Positions 1 through 49,862 of a stretch of DNA of 49,862 nt are shown piece after piece. The notes beneath the pieces were generated by a model. That model was not told the origin of the DNA and did no database searches. It saw only the letters and a program-made list of their open reading frames with translations. Source of the stretch: Octopus bimaculoides. Its lineage: Eukaryota. Each line of letters starts with the position of its first letter. Position 1 is the first letter of the stretch. The DNA is taken from assembly GCF_001194135.2 (NCBI RefSeq), contig NC_068998.1, positions 9,165,467-9,215,328 on the forward strand, written 5' to 3'. Made by a program: the position numbers and the translations under genes.

Positions 1-57
<57 letters not shown>

Positions 58-148
58 ATATGTATATATATATGAACACATACACACACACACATTAAAT
101 GGCATTGTAACTCCTATTGGTATATACATGTCTGATATAAATGGCTCC

Positions 149-159
149 ATTTGCTGCTG

Positions 160-194
<35 letters not shown>

Positions 195-229
195 GCTACT
201 GCTGCTGCTACTGCTGCTGCTGCTGCTGC
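149..229. repeat. Compound (CTA)n/(CTG)n microsatellite
   Basis: Direct reading; window also opens with (TA)n at 1-71. Confidence 0.95.
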
Positions 230-406
230 AGTCAAATATTACTCACTAATGATATTATTGCATGATTTAATGATTGCCAACAGGTCTTTGCACACAGAAT
301 CCTCTAAAGAAATATATATGTATATATATATATATGTATATATGTATATATATATATATATATTACATAACTGATGAAAGTTTCAAAAATACAGTGTGTG
401 TGTGTC

Positions 407-437
<31 letters not shown>

Positions 438-1020
438 GTGTCTGTGTATATGTATATATATGTGCGTCAATGTATATACGAAAGGCAGATAATACGTAAG
501 CAAAACATATATACAAATAGATAAAGTATGTGAGTATGTATAATATTCTACATATGTGTGTATGTTTTTTGTGAAATTAGGGAGATGGAAATTGTGTAAA
601 AAGCCCCGTTGCGAATGGTCGGCACCTGAGATTCAAAGAGCCAAAGGGCCATCTAAAGACATGTTTATTACGAGCTAATGAGTCAGTGGGGGGGGGGGGG
701 GCGGTTTATGTTAGAGATATACTCTGGATAATAAAACTGATTAACGGTGGGTGTGTTTAAAATCAGTTGTGCAAAATCTCTCTCGTGGTGGCTGTAGCTT
801 GTTGGTGCCTGTGTCTTGTTATTTCAGGGAATGAGAGAAACAGAGAGAGGCTAAAACTAGTTGTTCTGTATGGTTTTCTGGGAATGAGATGATTGGCTGC
901 AGCTGATGAGACATAAATGATTTGGTATGACTGAACTGGACTGGACTGGACTGGACATTCAGCCTGCTTTGGCAACAGTATGTTTTGGCATTGAAGACAA
1001 ACATGTGCACATGCATGTGC

Positions 1021-1168
1021 AGCTTGCTTCCCAGCGCATAGTTCTGGGTTCAGTCCCACTGTGTGGCACCTTGGGCAAGTGTCTTCCACTATAACCTTTG
1101 GGCTGACCAAAGCCTTGTGAGTGGATTTGGTAGATGGAAACTGGAAGAAGCCTGTCATATATATATAA
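1021..1168 (+). mobile_element. SINE family A (tRNA head + CORE-like body), 5' half
   Basis: B-box-like ggttcagtccc, body gcaccttgggcaagtgtcttc; many copies in window. Confidence 0.85.
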
Positions 1169-1526
1169 CATAGGATAAATTCTTTATAAGAATTTATCAA
1201 GTAGTCAGCGTGAAAAAAACCTCATAATGAAAAAATAACAAAAAATTTCGTAATGAAAAAATTCATATGTTACTTATTTTTGGTAGTTTTTTACTTATTT
1301 AGTCCCTCGAAGCATGAGGCATTAATACTCAGGTAATGCGCTTTATATATATATATATATATATATNNNNNNNNNNNNNNNNNNNNNNNNNNNNNNNNNN
1401 NNNNNNNNNNNNNNNNNNNNNNNNNNNNNNNNNNNNNNNNNNNNNNNNNNNNNNNNNNNNNNNNNNNNNNNNNNNNNNNNNNNNNNNNATATATATACAT
1501 ACATATATATATACATATATGTATGG

Positions 1527-1726
1527 GTGTGTCTGTGTCTGTCCCCCACTACTACTAACTGGTGTTGGTGTGTTTATATCCCTGTAACTTAGCAGTTTGG
1601 CAACAGAGACCGATAGAATAAGTACCAGGCTTAAGAAAAGAAACAAGGACTGGGGTTGTTTCGTTCGAAAGGCGGTGCCCCAGCATGGCCGCAGTCTAAT
1701 GACTGAAACTAGTAAAAGATAAAAGA
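1527..1726 (+). mobile_element. SINE family A, 3' half
   Basis: gtaacttagc...gatagaataagtac...ccagcatggccgcagtc...gactgaaac shared with 6770-6949, 11086-11326 and (reversed) 33193-33411. Confidence 0.85.
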
Positions 1727-1778
1727 TGACTGATATAAAAAATCTCATCATAAACAGAAAAATATGCTCACATGCATA

Positions 1779-1857
1779 TATTTCTTTATTGCCCACGGGG
1801 CTAAACATACAGGAGATCAACAAGGGCAGACAAAGGGTTTAAGTTGATTACATCGAG
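1779..1857 (-). mobile_element. SINE family B, 3' tail fragment
   Basis: Matches 9013-9090. Confidence 0.75.
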
Positions 1858-2008
1858 ATAACTGAAGAGATGGTGGCGTGGGTTTCCTCCCCGGCATCTG
1901 AAACTCGGAGTTTTATCATGGCTACCAAATAATTGTCACATATTATTTACAAATAAATTCCTCTATTTACATAATATTGAGGTCTATTTCTTTCTTTTGT
2001 TGTCTTTT
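1858..2008 (-). mobile_element. Unclassified repeat family I (partial)
   Basis: Reverse complement of 10446-10570 (gacctcaatattatgtaaa.agaggaattt...gagtttca.atgccgggg). Confidence 0.7.
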
Positions 2009-2105
2009 CTATCAATATATATATATATATACACAATCACATATATAAATATGTGTGTACTTATATGTTGATGGCTCTTTTTATGTGCAGTTATAATAAA
2101 AACAA

Positions 2106-2461
2106 GTGGAGGCGCAATGGCCCATTGGTTAGGGCAGCACTCGCGGTCATAGGATCGCGGTTTCGATTCCCAGACCGGGCGTTGTGAGTGTTTATTGAGC
2201 GAAAACACCTAAAGCTCCACGAGGCTCCGGCAGGGGATGGTGGCAAACCCTGCTGTACTCTTTCACCACAACTTTCTCTCACTCTTACTTCCTGTTTCTG
2301 TTGTGCCTGTAATTCAAAGGGTCAGCCTTGTCACATTGTGTCACGCTGAATATCCCTGAGAACTACGTTAAAGGTACACGTGTCTGTGGAGTGCTCAGCC
2401 ACTTGCATGTTAATTTCACGAGCAGGCTGTTCCGTTGATTGGATCAACTGGAACCCTCGAC
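2106..2461 (+). mobile_element. SINE family D (tRNA-derived), near full length, runs into gap
   Basis: A box tggcccattgg, B box ggtttcgattcc; highly similar to the reverse complement of 29444-29871. Confidence 0.9.
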
Positions 2462-3393
2462 NNNNNNNNNNNNNNNNNNNNNNNNNNNNNNNNNNNNNNN
2501 NNNNNNNNNNNNNNNNNNNNNNNNNNNNNNNNNNNNNNNNNNNNNNNNNNNNNNNNNNNNNNNNNNNNNNNNNNNNNNNNNNNNNNNNNNNNNNNNNNNN
2601 NNNNNNNNNNNNNNNNNNNNNNNNNNNNNNNNNNNNNNNNNNNNNNNNNNNNNNNNNAATATATTTGCTTAAGAATGATAAATATATATCCATGTTTCTC
2701 CACACAAATACTTTACTCACGGCCTCCCTCTGAAATTCCGAAATTTCTCTCCTTCCCATTTTCCCACCTTGCTGCCAACTCCGCTATCACAACCCCCTCT
2801 ACATCAAAGTATTCGACACATTCACAATTTTACCATTAATTCACTTCTGTCAACCAACATATCTGCTGCTGTCTCTTGAAAGTCTGGAAACAAACAAGTT
2901 GAAAAAAAAAAAAAAAAAACCCAGAAACATTTTGTTTCTTTTCTTTTTATTTTATTTTCGGTAGTGCCAAGTCTCTTTTGTCAATTCTTTCTTGTAGCAA
3001 AAAGACACCTTTCAGTTGTAAGGAGACAGTAAATATTCCAGTACTTTTAGAAGAGCAAATGACATTCTCATTTCATTTCGGTGCCACTTCAAATGATGGC
3101 TCACACCTTCGTCGGCAACTGACGGCATTTCAAGTAAAGTTGTGGAACAGGGTGGCAATTGAGCCACGTCATACCTGCAAATTCAATTTCTGCTTCTTAT
3201 TCATCTTATCTTTACGTTCATCATTATGTGTTGCACTTCTTTCGTTGGTCTGTAACGTTTTGTGCAAGCTGATATTATATCTGTACATGTGTGTGTATGT
3301 GCATGTGTTTATATTCATATGCACATATATATTTATGGGTGTGTATGCATTTATTTATCTATATCTATATGCACATAAGTATGTTTATGTAGA

Positions 3394-3425
<32 letters not shown>

Positions 3426-3649
3426 CATATATGGAGAGATAGATGTATATGTTGGTGTATGCAGGTGTAAATATATGTTTGTGTGTGAGTATGTATGTGC
3501 CATCAAGTGTATTGCTAGTGTATGTGTGATTCTGTATTCTTGAATAAAATTAGAATTTGTGAGTGAATTATATTCTGCAGCATAGCGTTTTTAATAGTGT
3601 GTGTGTATACCCATGCACATTAAGTCAGTTAAGATATATATATAGGCAC

Positions 3650-3759
3650 AGGAGTGGCTGTGTGGTAAGTAGCTTGCTTACCAACCACATGGTTCTAGGT
3701 TCAGTCCTACTGTGTGGCACCTTGGGCAAGTGTCTTCTACTATAGCCTCGGGCCGACCA
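3650..3759 (+). mobile_element. SINE family A, 5' head
   Basis: aggagtggctgtgtggtaagtagcttgcttaccaaccacatgg... Confidence 0.9.
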
Positions 3760-4689
3760 TAATCGTTTACTCCTTTGTCACTCTAATTTCTCATATATAT
3801 ATATATATATATATTTGCATGAAACTATTGGGTTGGTGTTAAAATATTCATTTGCTTATATACACTCTGGGCCTTATATATATATATGTATATATACACT
3901 GGTAACATCCCTCTCTCTCTCTCAGACATATGCACGTGCTTGTGCATGCACGCACGCGCACACACTCCTCCACTATTAATCATTAAATTAATTGCAGCCA
4001 GTGACATTTATCAACTACAACAGAAGTTCATTAATTTATTAAATAAAAACGGAATTAACAAAAAACAGAAAGAGAGGGTTTGTTTGGGTTTTTTTTTTTT
4101 TATGTGTATTTCCTAACTTTTCTTTCTAATTCTTATTTCTTTGTGCCATATTTATGCCTACCCCAGGAGAATTGAAACCAAAATGTCCTCTTCCCAGGCC
4201 CATCCTTCCTACATTTAATTCCCAGTACTCCAGTATCTGGCAATGGTTGAGTTGCAACCGACATTTATTGAAGCTACCTGGTGTTACTGGCATTGCCCCT
4301 GTGTGGTTGTTGAGTCTGCTAGAAATAACAGTCAAATCTCTCTCATTTCACACTCTTTTACTTGAGCCCTTTGTTCCCAATAGATTATAAACTACTGGTA
4401 ACTTTTCTACTCTGCTCTCAACTCTGGCTTATCTCTCTTTGTTTCTCTCCAGTTGGATCCCTTCTTTTTTTAGCCCTGCCTCGGTATCCAGCCTCCAGCT
4501 ACTTCTAGGGTGGCCTCTCTTCCACCTACCTTCTCAGTTCCAAGCCAGGACCTGACCTGTAATACAGGATCTTGGTTCCTTTCAGGTTTTGCTGTACTGC
4601 CTGGTGTCTTACTGTACTCAATAAGACCCATACACCACGGTAGGAGCGATAAAGCTGCCCCATCCCCCTGGTGAAGATGATTGACTTGA

Positions 4690-4860
4690 AAGAGTTTTGT
4701 GCCAGTGCCTCATGAAAGCCTTCATGCAGTGCCACATGAAAGCATCCAGCTGTAGAAACCATGACTAAGCAGACTGGAGCCTTGTGCAGCTCTGCAGCTT
4801 GCCAGCCACACTCAAACTGTCCAACCCATGCCAGCATGGACAACAAACATTAAATGACAA
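4690..4860 (+). mobile_element. Family C (RTE-related non-autonomous retroposon), diverged
   Basis: gcatccagctgtagaaac...ccaacccatgccagcatgga...cattaaatga. Confidence 0.7.
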
Positions 4861-4914
4861 TGTTTCGTGTCTCCTCTGAGGGAAGGCCTTTTTGTCTCAG
4901 CTCGTATTGGTTTT

Positions 4915-5105
4915 GAATCATCATCATTGCTCTTATAACTTAGCTACAAACCCATTTTTACCTCTATGAAGAGCTGATCCCTATTAGTCTAGCCCCTGTT
5001 CTTTAACCTGACCTGTCCAGCATAAGAGACACTAGCTTCCACTCCACCGGCACAGCTTTCAAGGTCTTTGAGGCACACAAAGCCATTACACTGTAACAAA
5101 AGACT
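4915..5105 (-). mobile_element. RTE-type 5'UTR-like fragment with (GAT)n tail
   Basis: Minus strand ...tttgtgtgcctcaaagaccttgaaagctgtgccggtggag...gacaggtc...ggggctagactaa resembles RTE (Expander/Rex3-like) 5' ends, from recall. Confidence 0.45.
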
Positions 5106-5315
5106 GGACCTTGTAGTGGCATTTCACACTGTCATTTTAGAAAAGGGGGCATGTTGGATAATGTGGTTCTGGGTTCCTTGTTTATTGCCCACTATTCATT
5201 TTAAGATGAGATGGTCACAGTTAGAATGCTTTTGATCATAGGTTTAGTCAAGCAGGCCTGGCCTGGAGATAAAGACCCAGTAAAACTACCTGGAATGAAC
5301 AACTCACCTCCAGAT

Positions 5316-5579
5316 CAACAGTTCCCAGCCATCTTTTACCTGTGGACCCCTTTGATTGATTCCTATTTTACTCAGGTGGACCCTCGTAGCCGTTCAATAG
5401 TTAGATGGTCTTGTTGTATTTTTAGAACTAAATATTATCAGGAATTGTATAAAAATAATTATTGAAATATTTGGTGTATTATAAAATTATAAGCCATTTA
5501 TTGCACATAAATTCTAACAAAAAAACTTTATTTGGACCCTCACCCCAGGGGTCAGATGGCCCCTGCTAGAGAGTCACTG
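5316..5579. mobile_element. Old hAT (Charlie-like) MITE
   Basis: Ends caacagttcccagcc / gctagagagtcactg resemble CAGTGGTTCCCAACC termini; 8-bp flanks ctccagat / ttctagat (6/8 identical, NTCTAGAN-type target). Confidence 0.6.
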
Positions 5580-6137
5580 TTCTAGATGGTCAGGAGGGTT
5601 GCTAGAAATAACAGCCAAATTTCTCTCATTTCATATGTCACCAACTTAGACGATGATATGTTGGATAATGTCATCAGGCAGAAGTGGTGATGGTGGTAGT
5701 GATGATGATGATGATAATTAATTATCATGATAATGATAATTTATATTTCGATGTTTAATGTATTCATATTTTCATTTCATATCCATTTGTTATTAATTTT
5801 CCGCTTTCCGGATAAAAATTTAAAAAAAGAAAGAAATCTGATGTTCAAGAGAAATATTTTTAATGTGTCAATTTTATTTTATTTTTTTATATTTCAAATT
5901 TCCCTCCCCCATACACACACACAAGCACACACTTTCTTCTTCGTCGTTGTCGTCGTCGTCATGGCCATTGATTCATTTCACAGACCGTTGACCACGCATT
6001 AACTAAGCTTTCAGAATAGCCCTCTGTTTTCATAAGAGAAATGCTTATTAATACCTTTCTCTAGGAAAAAAAAAAAAGACTACATGTCATGCTATCATTT
6101 CATGTTACCTATTAACAAGCCACCAAGGGAGCCACTA

Positions 6138-6320
6138 GGTGGTTACTCAATATGCTATAAATAGCAGCCAAACCTCCCTCATATCACACCCTGCCACCTT
6201 AGAAGCAGAAAGAACACTGGATAATGCAGTCGTAGGCCACCTCTTAAAGTAAGATGCTCTCTATTTGAAATGTATTTGATCATAGGATTGCTGAATCGGT
6301 GCCTAGCTGGAGCAAAACAG
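6138..6320 (+). mobile_element. Repeat family F (gctagaaatagcagccaaa...)
   Basis: Shared with 4317-4358, 5130-5275, 5598-5680, 27035-27355, 47996-48105 and reversed at about 18160 and 45650. Confidence 0.7.
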
Positions 6321-6517
6321 CGATAGCAACACCATTAACTTCACCTGTTATTCATCTAAGAGATTGGAGTCCTAGAAAGAAATTAAGATATTGCCATTAT
6401 GAAATCTCTAAATGGCTAAGTAAATTATATATATCACATTAGGAAATATATGATTTTCCGCTAGAAATATCAGCTTACCCTCAAGAGATGAAGGTGGGGG
6501 GGGGGGGGCTTTTATAA

Positions 6518-6717
6518 CACAGTGAGCTGGTAGAATCATTAGCACGCCAGGCAAAATGCTTAGTGAAATTTCATCTGTCTTTAAATTCTGAGTTCAAATC
6601 CTACTGTCGTTGACTTTGCCTTTCATTTTTTGGGGGCAAGTGTCTTCTACTATAGCCATGGGCCAACCAAAGCCTTGTGAATGGATTTGGTAGACGGAAA
6701 CTGAAAGAAGCTCATTG

Positions 6718-6750
<33 letters not shown>

Positions 6751-6949
6751 ATGTTTGTGTGTCTGTGATTGTCCACCCAACATCGCTTGACAACCGATGC
6801 TGATGTGTTTACATACCTGTCACTTAGCAGTTCGGCAACAGCGACCAATAGAATAAGTACTAGGGTTGAATAGTTCAACTAAAACCCTTCAAGGCAGTGC
6901 TCCAGCATGGCCACAGTCAAATGACTGAAACAAGTGAAAAAATAAAAGA
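6518..6949 (+). mobile_element. Chimeric SINE: family B 5' half fused to family A body and tail
   Basis: B sequence to gcctttcat, then ttttgggggcaagtgtcttctac (A) through to gactgaaacaagtg. Confidence 0.8.
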
Positions 6950-7010
6950 ATGGGTGTATACAACAGGCTCTTTTTCACTCACAATGTTTTGGTCAACCTG
7001 GCAACCGGAG

Positions 7011-7106
7011 GGCTTTGGTAGACAATACTTGCCCATGGTGCCATGCAGTGGGACTGAACTGGACACTGTATGGTTAGGATGCATACTTCTTAACTACTGA
7101 GCCACT
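7011..7106 (-). mobile_element. SINE family A head, diverged
   Basis: cttgcccatggtgccatgcagtgggactgaac is the reverse complement of the A head. Confidence 0.75.
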
Positions 7107-7529
7107 GTTTGTGCCTTATATATTCAGTCACTGTAATTTTTTTTTATAATTTCACAGGCAATGGAATATAAATTCTATATTACAAAATGGTAATAGTTAT
7201 TAAATTAAAATTGTATTAAATTAGATAAATTTCTCATTTGTATAATTGCAATAAATGTATCTTATCAATAACATTAATGCTGTTTAACCATCAATTAAGC
7301 ACAAATGTAACTTTCCAGTTAATACAATTTGTATAGAAAGTATGTTCTCGGAGTTTCCTGTCATGAGGGAATATATACATATTAGTTTGTATACAGGAAG
7401 CAGAGATAAATCCAATGTACAGGAAACACAAGAGATAAATCCAGTAAAATTAGGGTTACCTTCCATTGGAGAAAGGACAAACAGAGAGAGAGAGTGTGTG
7501 TGTGTGTTAGAGATTAGCAAATTATAGTG

Positions 7530-8013
7530 ACCTTTAGCATTTAAACTGGCCATGTCAGACCTCTCACACCTACTCTACAATGCCATTCTAAAAATTAGAA
7601 AAACATGGCACCTGTGCCCAGCGTTGCCTTCCTGGCACATGTAAAGACATTCGAGCGAGATTGTTGCCAGTGCCGCTGGACTGGCTCCTGTGCAGGTGGC
7701 ACGTAAAATACACCATTTTGAGTGTGGCCGTTGCCAGCACCGCCTGACTGGCCTTCGTGCCGGTGGCACGTAAAAGCACCCACTACACTCTCGGAGTGGT
7801 TGGCATTAGGAATGGCATCCAGCTGTAGAAACTCTGCCAAATCAGATTGGAGCCTGGTGTAGCCATCTTGTTTCACCAGTTCTCAGTCAAATCGTCCAAC
7901 CCATGCTAGCATGGAAAGCGGACATTAAACGATGATAATGCATGATTAATTCAAAACGATGTGAATAAATGGTTTGGCAGTACCTCGGACAAAGAAATCT
8001 GAATTCTCCAGGG
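7530..8013. mobile_element. TTAA-ended (piggyBac-like) MITE family J, interrupted by a family C copy
   Basis: Left cctttagcatt, right ...cagggTTAA; body shared with 20600-20836 and 46511-46670. Confidence 0.65.
7604..7940 (+). mobile_element. Family C, long copy with (GAT)n-like tail
   Basis: ggtggcacgtaaaagcacccactacactctcggagtggttggcattaggaatggcatccagctg...ggacattaaacgatg. Confidence 0.88.
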
Positions 8014-8407
8014 TTAATATGTGAAAACATTCATTTCTACTAAGTTACTAATGACATTCATGGGCTGGAGCATCGGTCATTGTGTTAAATTTATAATTAA
8101 CTCGGCTCCGAGTTCAAATCCACCCTGGAACTACATACACATTCAGGATTAAGATATACGGTTGATGACACTTGGGGGTTTGACCACGACATAATCTTTA
8201 GATCTTGCTTGAGATTATGATAAGAAAAAAAAAAATGCTTAATTTCTAGATATGAGGCTCCATACTTTGAGAAATTTTATTGTTATTAGTTTGTTTTTTT
8301 TTTTCTCTTTTTGATCTTTCTTCACATTTATAGAATTATTGAATATTCTTCTTCCTTTCATGTGTTATTGTTCTAAATTTTTTTTCTTCGAATTTCTTTA
8401 CTTCTAG

Positions 8408-47930
<39,523 letters not shown>

Positions 47931-48214
47931 GTAAGCACAAACCTAATAACCACCTTACATGTGTCAAGCATTCTTGTTTTCCTAAGCTCATTTCTGTTAG
48001 AAATAGCAGCCAAATCTCCTCCAGATTACTACATACCATTGTCTTGAAATTAGAAATGTGCATTAGATTATGTGGTCCTATGGAATTGGCCATGGCTAGA
48101 ATGATTTCCTTTTTCTTGTTTACAGTATACCTCTGCTATTTGTCTCATAGCTTGTCACTACAATCCTTCTCTGCCAATTACAATTTTTACAATCCATTGC
48201 AGTCCCTTGGTTAG

Positions 48215-48521
48215 ACTATTAGCCCCAACCTTTAGCAAGAATTGAAATCCTCAGTCACAATTTGAACTCAAGGAGTGACCAGCCCAGAGCAGAAGATACT
48301 TCTTAAACATTTCACCCAATATTCCAACAATTCTGTAAATTCACTGCCCTAAACTGGTTCCTTATTGACCTCCTTGCCCCAAATGGAAAAAGGGCAAGAT
48401 TGACCCTTGAAAAGATTTGAACTTAATGGGAACTGAAATCCTTAGTTGCAGTTTGAACTCAGTTAGATAATGCAAGGCATCTTATCTAATGCTTTTACAA
48501 TTCCACAAATCCATCGGCCTC

Positions 48522-48560
<39 letters not shown>

Positions 48561-49110
48561 CAACCTCACTAAAAGCTGGAAAACAAAGCTGACCACTGAC
48601 AAGAATTGATCTTGGGAAGTAACTGCGCCAGAGCAAAAGATAATGCAAAATGTCTTATCCAATACTCAGTCAGTTTTTCAAAACCTCTTGAACAAGTTCT
48701 TCAAAAGGATGGAGGACAAAACTCACCACCGACTAGAACTGGTCTTAGGAAATAATTGGACCTGAGCAAAAGATCCTGCAAAGTGTCTTATCCGATATTT
48801 GTGCAATTTTGAAAAAACACCTCCCGAAACAAATTTTTTATTAACTCTTCATCGAGAAGGAGAGAAGGAAGGAAGACAACGGTACCCAACTGGACCAAAA
48901 CATAAGATACTGCACCGCATCTTGTCCACTACTCTAACAAATTTCCTCCACTTAACTGCTTTTTTTTTTCTCTCATCAACTATGCCTATCAGAAAAAAAA
49001 CAAATGAGGGAACAAAGGGCCAAATTTGACACTCCTTTCAGACAAGATTTGAACTCTGTGCACAAACTTCAGCACATTCTATCCACCGCTTTAACCACTC
49101 GGCCAACACC
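48215..49110 (-). mobile_element. Cluster of very old B-like SINE relics, last with a tRNA-Ser-like head (49035-49110)
   Basis: Repeated ttgaactc B-box remnants; last head on minus strand tggccgagtggttaaagcggtgga...gagttcaaatc. Confidence 0.45.
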
Positions 49111-49507
49111 AATTTCTCTTACCTTCTTCATTATGGAAGTAGGTAAACAACATAAATCACATTTTCTTTCAAATTTTATGAGTTGGGGGGGAAGGGAATA
49201 TGGTGGAGTGAGTGCAAGGTAAGTGTTTGAGCTTTTGGTTTTTTTTTTNNNNNNNNNNGGAGTGAGTGCAAGGTAAGTGTTTGAGCTTTTGGTTTTTTTT
49301 TTTTCTCTTTTTCTTCGGTTTTTTTTTTTTTCATTTCTTCTGATGTTTCATTCTGTTGTATTTTCCTCCAAAGATTTATGACCAGCCTCCTCTTCCTCCT
49401 TCTCCCACCCTACTACCACCACCAGCCACTCCCCTCCCTTGTCTGTCCTTCTTTCTTCCTTCCCACTTTTTTTTCTTTTCATCTCTTTCAGCATTTTTTG
49501 GAATTTT

Positions 49508-49805
49508 ACTACTACTACTATCTCTATTATTACTACTACTGCTGCTACCATCACTACCACTACTACCTTACTGCAACCACCACCACTACTACTGCCTCTA
49601 CTACCACCACGCCCTCTACAACCACCACTACTACTATCTCTACTGCCACCACTATCACTACCACTACTAACTGACTACTACTATCATCACCACTGCCACC
49701 TCTACAACCACCACTTCTACAACTGCCACCACCACTACTGCTACTTCTACCACCACTATCACCTTTACAAGCACCACACTCTACTTCTACCACCACTACT
49801 ACTAC
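49508..49805. repeat. Cryptic ACT/ACC trinucleotide tract
   Basis: Direct reading; produces spurious Thr/His/Tyr-rich ORFs. Confidence 0.92.
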
Positions 49806-49862
49806 TATATTCTTCTACTCCTGTGTTCTTTATTTTCTCCTCTTCAAATCAACCCCCCCCCC

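Noticed and set aside
600-960. AP-1 (tgagtca), CCAAT and poly-G motifs
   Set aside because: Short motifs at chance frequency; no independent support.
2106-2180. tRNA gene calls at SINE heads (also 11909, 29800-29871, 45870-45943)
   Set aside because: A and B boxes present but no acceptor-stem closure; they continue into SINE bodies.
3150-3275. Open frame on the minus strand ending at CAG|gtatga
   Set aside because: No pyrimidine tract at the acceptor, no partner exons, low-complexity peptide.
1-8407. Upstream mannosidase exon (GATIVD.LDTL motif) in the first 8.4 kb
   Set aside because: Not found by eye; probably upstream of the window, though a gap could hide it.

Overview
Eukaryotic, AT-rich, microsatellite- and SINE-dense DNA with about 4.8 kb of N gaps. 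It is most likely an Octopus scaffold (inferred from repeat content, not from a search). The only protein-coding gene I can support is a partial Golgi class I alpha-1,2-mannosidase (GH47, MAN1A type) on the + strand. It has five internal exons (8408-8488, 36617-36711, 41626-41749, 46304-46397, 47815-47930; 81/95/124/94/116 nt) with GT-AG ends, which splice in frame to 170 codons; start and stop lie outside the window. None of these exons appears intact as a supplied ORF, and the supplied ORFs are mostly microsatellite or gap artefacts. The rest is intron, including one of 28.1 kb, filled with tRNA-derived SINEs (my working labels A, B, D, G), (GAT)n-tailed RTE-related elements (C, H), other repeats (E, F, I), TTAA- and hAT-type MITEs, an RTE LINE relic and two minisatellites. 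Most interesting: (1) a complete type I hammerhead-ribozyme topology with palindromic stem III at 40940-40987 (two core lesions), plus a second with an intact core at 24611-24656; (2) a pre-miRNA-sized hairpin joined to a Pol III SINE head at 11909-12041; (3) other long intronic hairpins near exons; (4) a sharp switch in retroposon orientation near 31 kb; (5) head-to-tail SINE arrays built in (ATT)n tails. All family names are from recall and all counts are by hand; no database search was run.
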